From: Intoshia linei
Taxonomy: Eukaryota > Animalia > Orthonectida
DNA: 37,005 bases
Direction of reading: 5' to 3'
Assembly (NCBI GenBank): GCA_001642005.1
Contig: LWCA01000243.1
Coordinates: 1-37,005, forward strand
Shown: positions 32,882 to 37,005 of the stretch, piece after piece
Layout: the number at the start of each line of letters is the position of its first letter
Numbering within the stretch: the first letter of the stretch is position 1
The notes under the pieces: generated by a model
Databases searched by the model: none
The model's input: the letters and a program-made list of their open reading frames with translations, nothing else
Told to the model about the DNA's origin: nothing
Translations under genes and position numbers: made by a program

Positions 32882-35800
32882 ATGGAAAACGAACAAAATA
32901 ATTTAAATCAAAATTTAAATGACGCCAAGGATGTTGAAATTATTGAAAACGGCAAAGTTGATACCCAAGACAAAATTGACTCTGAAGAGGACACCCAAAT
33001 AGAAAATACAGTTGATATAATTGAGAATGAAGCTGAATTAAAATCTCATGTACAGTCTCATGTATTGGATTGGCAACACGTTGTAAGTCAATTGGACGGT
33101 AATCACGAAGAATGCAATGATGAGTTTGACCACAACGAATGTTCTGATGAATTTTATGAAAGTGATACAGATGAATTTGATGCCGTGTGTTTAGATGAAT
33201 TTAATATAGACAATTCTATTGAATTCGATGATATTCAAAATTCAATTAAAACTAATGTAGAAATTGATTTTTTTAAAAAAATAAATTCCAAAAATGAAGA
33301 CACGGGGGTTTCCCCTTTAGAAACAACTGCAGAAAAACGCAAAAAGGGAAATTCACATTTTGAATCAGCTTATGATATTTATAAGAGTAAAATTAGTAAA
33401 GGTAACAATCAACAGAATGTTTACCAAAATTCAATTGATATTTCCTATAAAAATGACAATACTCAAAATTCAGATAAATTGTCCAATACGAAAATTCTTT
33501 TAAATCATAGTCAAAAAACTGGTGATGATAATGATCAAAATGAATCTCAAATTTTTAAACACCATGTTGATGAGTATTATAGTAATTTAAATAAAGAAAA
33601 TCCTTGCTCTGAAGAGGAGGAAGAGAAATTTTTTGATATTAATCCGCCTTCAAAGTACTTGGATGATTGTTTGTTTAACAATATTTTTACTTTTTACAAA
33701 TCAACTTTAAATGAATATCAAGAAATTGAAAAATCTGATGGGTGGAATGATTATTATCAAGTAATTTTTTATTTTTATTTGGTATTTTTTGTTTATTGGC
33801 AATTTTCAGTCTAATGTAGATATTTGCTAATAATTTTCAGCTATATATAAGCAATACTTATATACAAGCATATACACTGTATAAGGTGTGTCCTAAAACA
33901 CTTTTTCGAAACCATGCAAAAGTAGCCAACGGGGAAAGATGAAACTTTTTATTGCGAACAAGATATTGTGCTTGAAATTGTCTAACTCTTAAAAAAACCC
34001 TTGACTTTTTGCATTTTAAACTAATTTTTAATACAATTCTTCAAAACGTACATGAACTTTATAAAAAATTATTGGTGTGGTAACGATATGAATTCATGCG
34101 TATAAATAGTATATGTAACATTTGTGAATATATATAATTCCATGGTTATCACAGTTTATCAGAAATCCTTCTCAATAAAACCCTATTGTACCCAAAAATT
34201 CATAAATAATTTATAGGATAGAGGGTTTCTTGCTGTTTTTTTCTAACAATTATGGCATTTCAACTACATGATCTTGTTCGCAGAATTTTTGTTATATTTA
34301 TATTTGGTTACTTTTGTGAAGATAGTTAATAGAACTAATTTGCAGTGAAAATAAGAATGATCAATTTTATAAAAAATTAAAATTTTTTTTTTTAATTTTA
34401 AAGTTTATACGCGATTCATTAAATTTGTAGGACCCTGAAGTTTAAAATTGATCTATACTGAATGGGGATTTAATAAATATATGGCATAATATTTTACAAA
34501 AAATTTTTGGATTGATTTTTTTTATTACTATTTTTATGAACTCTTACGAGACTATTCATTTTTAGAAATTTTTACACTAATTTTATTAAAATTTTTACTT
34601 CATGAAAACTTAAATTTCAAAAAATAAAAGCCAAATTATTTCATAAAATAATTTATCATTAACATCATAAACATTTTTTGAACAATTGAAAGTGTCTCTA
34701 TTAAAATACAATACTCTTCGTTTTCTACACTGCCGGACAATATTATAAAGCACCTCATATATTTTGTCAAAAAAGGACAAATAATACTTATAATTCGCTA
34801 ATTTCTCTTAGTAATATCTTAATTTGGAGTTAAAACAGTTGATTTTTAAAAATATGCCATCTAAGCAATATTTTTAGGTCGGCTAAAAGTTAATTTTGGT
34901 TATGTTTATCGGCATGAAATTACAACTATTATGATATTAATTAGCTAATTAAAATTTGATAAAGTTACATAGTGAAACAAGTGATTTTAAAGTATATTTC
35001 CTTTAAGCGTTAGTAATATTGGAGTTTTATTTTGGAGTTGAAATAAGAGGTTTTTCTTATAATATTTGGTATAATCGTGTTTTTCAAAAAAATATCGGTA
35101 AAAGTCAATTTTTTCATGTAGCTTGAAATGGTATTTTTTATTAAATTTTATTAATAGTGGGATAAAACTAGGATTTTTTAAATAATACTGTAGCGGTCGT
35201 TTAGGCTTTGGGGTAATCAACATCTTGATTCTAGAAATATTATCTGTAATAAATATTAAAAATTATCTTCTAAAAGTTGATCAAAATTTTTCTATATTTA
35301 TTTGAATCTCACGGACCCAGACATATAATTTTGGACCCGAATCGGAACCACTGTTTTAATGCAACTATTATTTATAAAAAAAATCCGTTAACGAGGAATT
35401 AGTCTGTACTATACAATTGTGTAATTTTAGAATGCATGTGATTTGTCAAGAGAAAATACGAAATGCTTTACTTTTAACGAATCTTTGAAGCATAAAAAGT
35501 GCAACAGATACTCGGCTATATTACCATGTAAATTTTTAATTTATATACTACATGTAAAATGTAATTATTACTCTGGTAGAGATTATATTATTAGTTACCC
35601 TTAGACACTATCATCCTATGACTATTTAAGATATTTTGACCCCTAATCTGCATGTAAATGGTGTTTGAAGTTTGATGAAATGTACTAAAAATTTAAGTTT
35701 CATAACCTACCAGTTATATTATTAATTATTTACATATTGTTAATTTGATTTTTAGACGATCACAACATTGTTACTGTAATAATGAATAACATTGATTATT

Positions 35801-36111
35801 TTAATGCTAGTAGAGTTTGGTTGGAGGGTTACCCTTCGAATTATATAATGACACAAGGCCCGCTTAAATACACTACTCCTCATTTCTGGGCATGTGTATG
35901 GGAACAGCATACACGAATTATAGTCATGCTTACTAGAACTGTCGAAAGAAATATGACTAAATGCTATCAGTATTATCCTACATTAGACTCACCAATTTTA
36001 GACATTAATGAAATATATAAAAACAATAATATACCTCTAATTATTAAATTGAAAAAAGAAACTGAAGAAAATGATTATATAATTCGGCATTTTACTATGA
36101 CAAATACTAAG
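32882..36111 (+). CDS. PTPN1: Non-receptor protein tyrosine phosphatase, PTP1B/TC-PTP (PTPN1/2, Ptp61F-like), with long acidic N-terminal extension; 3'-partial
   Basis: Exon 32882-33760 ends LNEYQEIEKSDGWNDYYQ (cf. PTP1B EKEFEQIDKSGSWAAIYQ). Exon 35431-35527 has CNRYSAILP. Exon 35756-36111 has DYFNAS, YIMTQGPL, HFWACVWEQ, IVML and KCYQYYP. Phases are compatible. The WPD loop and HCSAG motif lie beyond the window. Confidence 0.85.
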
Positions 36112-36593
36112 GTATTATCAGTTTAGGCTCGAGAACTGCATTTACAGTACGCAGTAGTTGGTTACCTTTTAATAATTTTCGTCACCATTTACCACAGTGT
36201 TTCTCAAACGGTGTGCCTCGTGATAATTTTCTTTTTGTAAAAAAATAAAGTGTCTAAAAAGCGAGGGTGTCCCGCTGCCGAGGTTTATCCCAAACCGGGG
36301 TCTTACTGTAAAATGAAATTCAAATCAATATACATTAGGAGCAATATTTTTATTAATTAAGTATTAAACTATTTTAATTACTTAAAATACGATAAATATT
36401 TTGATTAATGTAATTCTCCGAATCAATTTGTTATGTTTGATATTTTTTTTATCAAAACTGTCAAAATGCGGATAATGGTACATACTCAATGGATAAACAA
36501 TACCGGTGTACTCAATATAATTTCGTATTACAGTTACAGTAAGTGAATCGCGTTAAATGTATTCTTGTTTTTAAGGGCAGGATTGCTACTTTA

Positions 36594-37005
36594 CAGTGTT
36601 GATCATAATAATTATTTTTTATATATTCTTTTGTTACTAATTCACTAATGAGTAGATGAAATTAAATAAAATTTTGAATATAATTACATATATATTTATG
36701 TTTAATTGGAATTAATTAATATTTTGTAACACCTCCTTCAGCATGTATGAGAGCCATAATTCTCCGTGGCATACTATTAATACGTCTTTTGCCAGTTTTT
36801 TCAAATTAGAAGAATTGTTCCATACTGTATGTAGGCGAATAATCAGTTCCGATTTTGATCTTATTGGAATTGTATGAACTTCCTTTTTTAATTATGCCCA
36901 CACATTTTTGATTGGGTTCATATCTGGGGAATTTCCGGGCATTCAAGAACAGCAATCCCTTCATTTTGGAAATATGAAGTTACAGATTTGGCTTTGTGAC
37001 ATGGA
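36594..37005 (-). mobile_element. Tc1 transposon relic (C-terminal transposase pseudogene), runs off the window
   Basis: On -: PCHKAKSVTSYF..IAVLE/PGNSPDMNPIKNVWA*LKK ... SMPRRIMALIHAEGGVTKY* (stop at 36716-36718), with frameshifts. Candidate TIR TA|CAGTGTTGATCATAATAATT at 36594. Confidence 0.8.

Noticed and set aside
1-37005. Alternative genetic code or stop-codon readthrough
   Set aside because: All assembled host exons are open in the standard code. In-frame stops occur only in transposon relics.

Overview
Very AT-rich, intron-rich eukaryotic (animal-like) genomic DNA. I assembled exons by hand from GT-AG boundaries and reading phase. The window holds four genes. (1) A 5'-partial class IX myosin-RhoGAP on + (about 1199-22050; motor, C1 zinc finger, RhoGAP). 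Its motor has lost the switch-II glycine (DIFGFE -> DMYRFE) and the SH1-helix glycines and has no recognisable IQ lever arm, while the GAP arginine finger is intact. It is a candidate motor-dead pseudo-myosin RhoGAP. (2) A complete 14-exon RPA1/RPA70 on - (22952-31977, 584 aa). (3) An intronless 185-aa orphan ORF on - (32247-32804). (4) A 3'-partial PTP1B/TC-PTP-like phosphatase on + with an unusual acidic N-terminal extension of about 270 aa, starting only 77 bp from the orphan ATG. Introns are either tiny (34-56 nt) or kb-sized and filled with DNA transposon relics: a multi-copy non-autonomous Helitron family, a Ginger2-like element nested inside one Helitron, Tc1 and pogo relics, and many hAT-type MITEs with 8-bp TSDs. 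No rRNA, tRNA or CRISPR array was recognised. All family assignments come from recalled motifs, not database searches.
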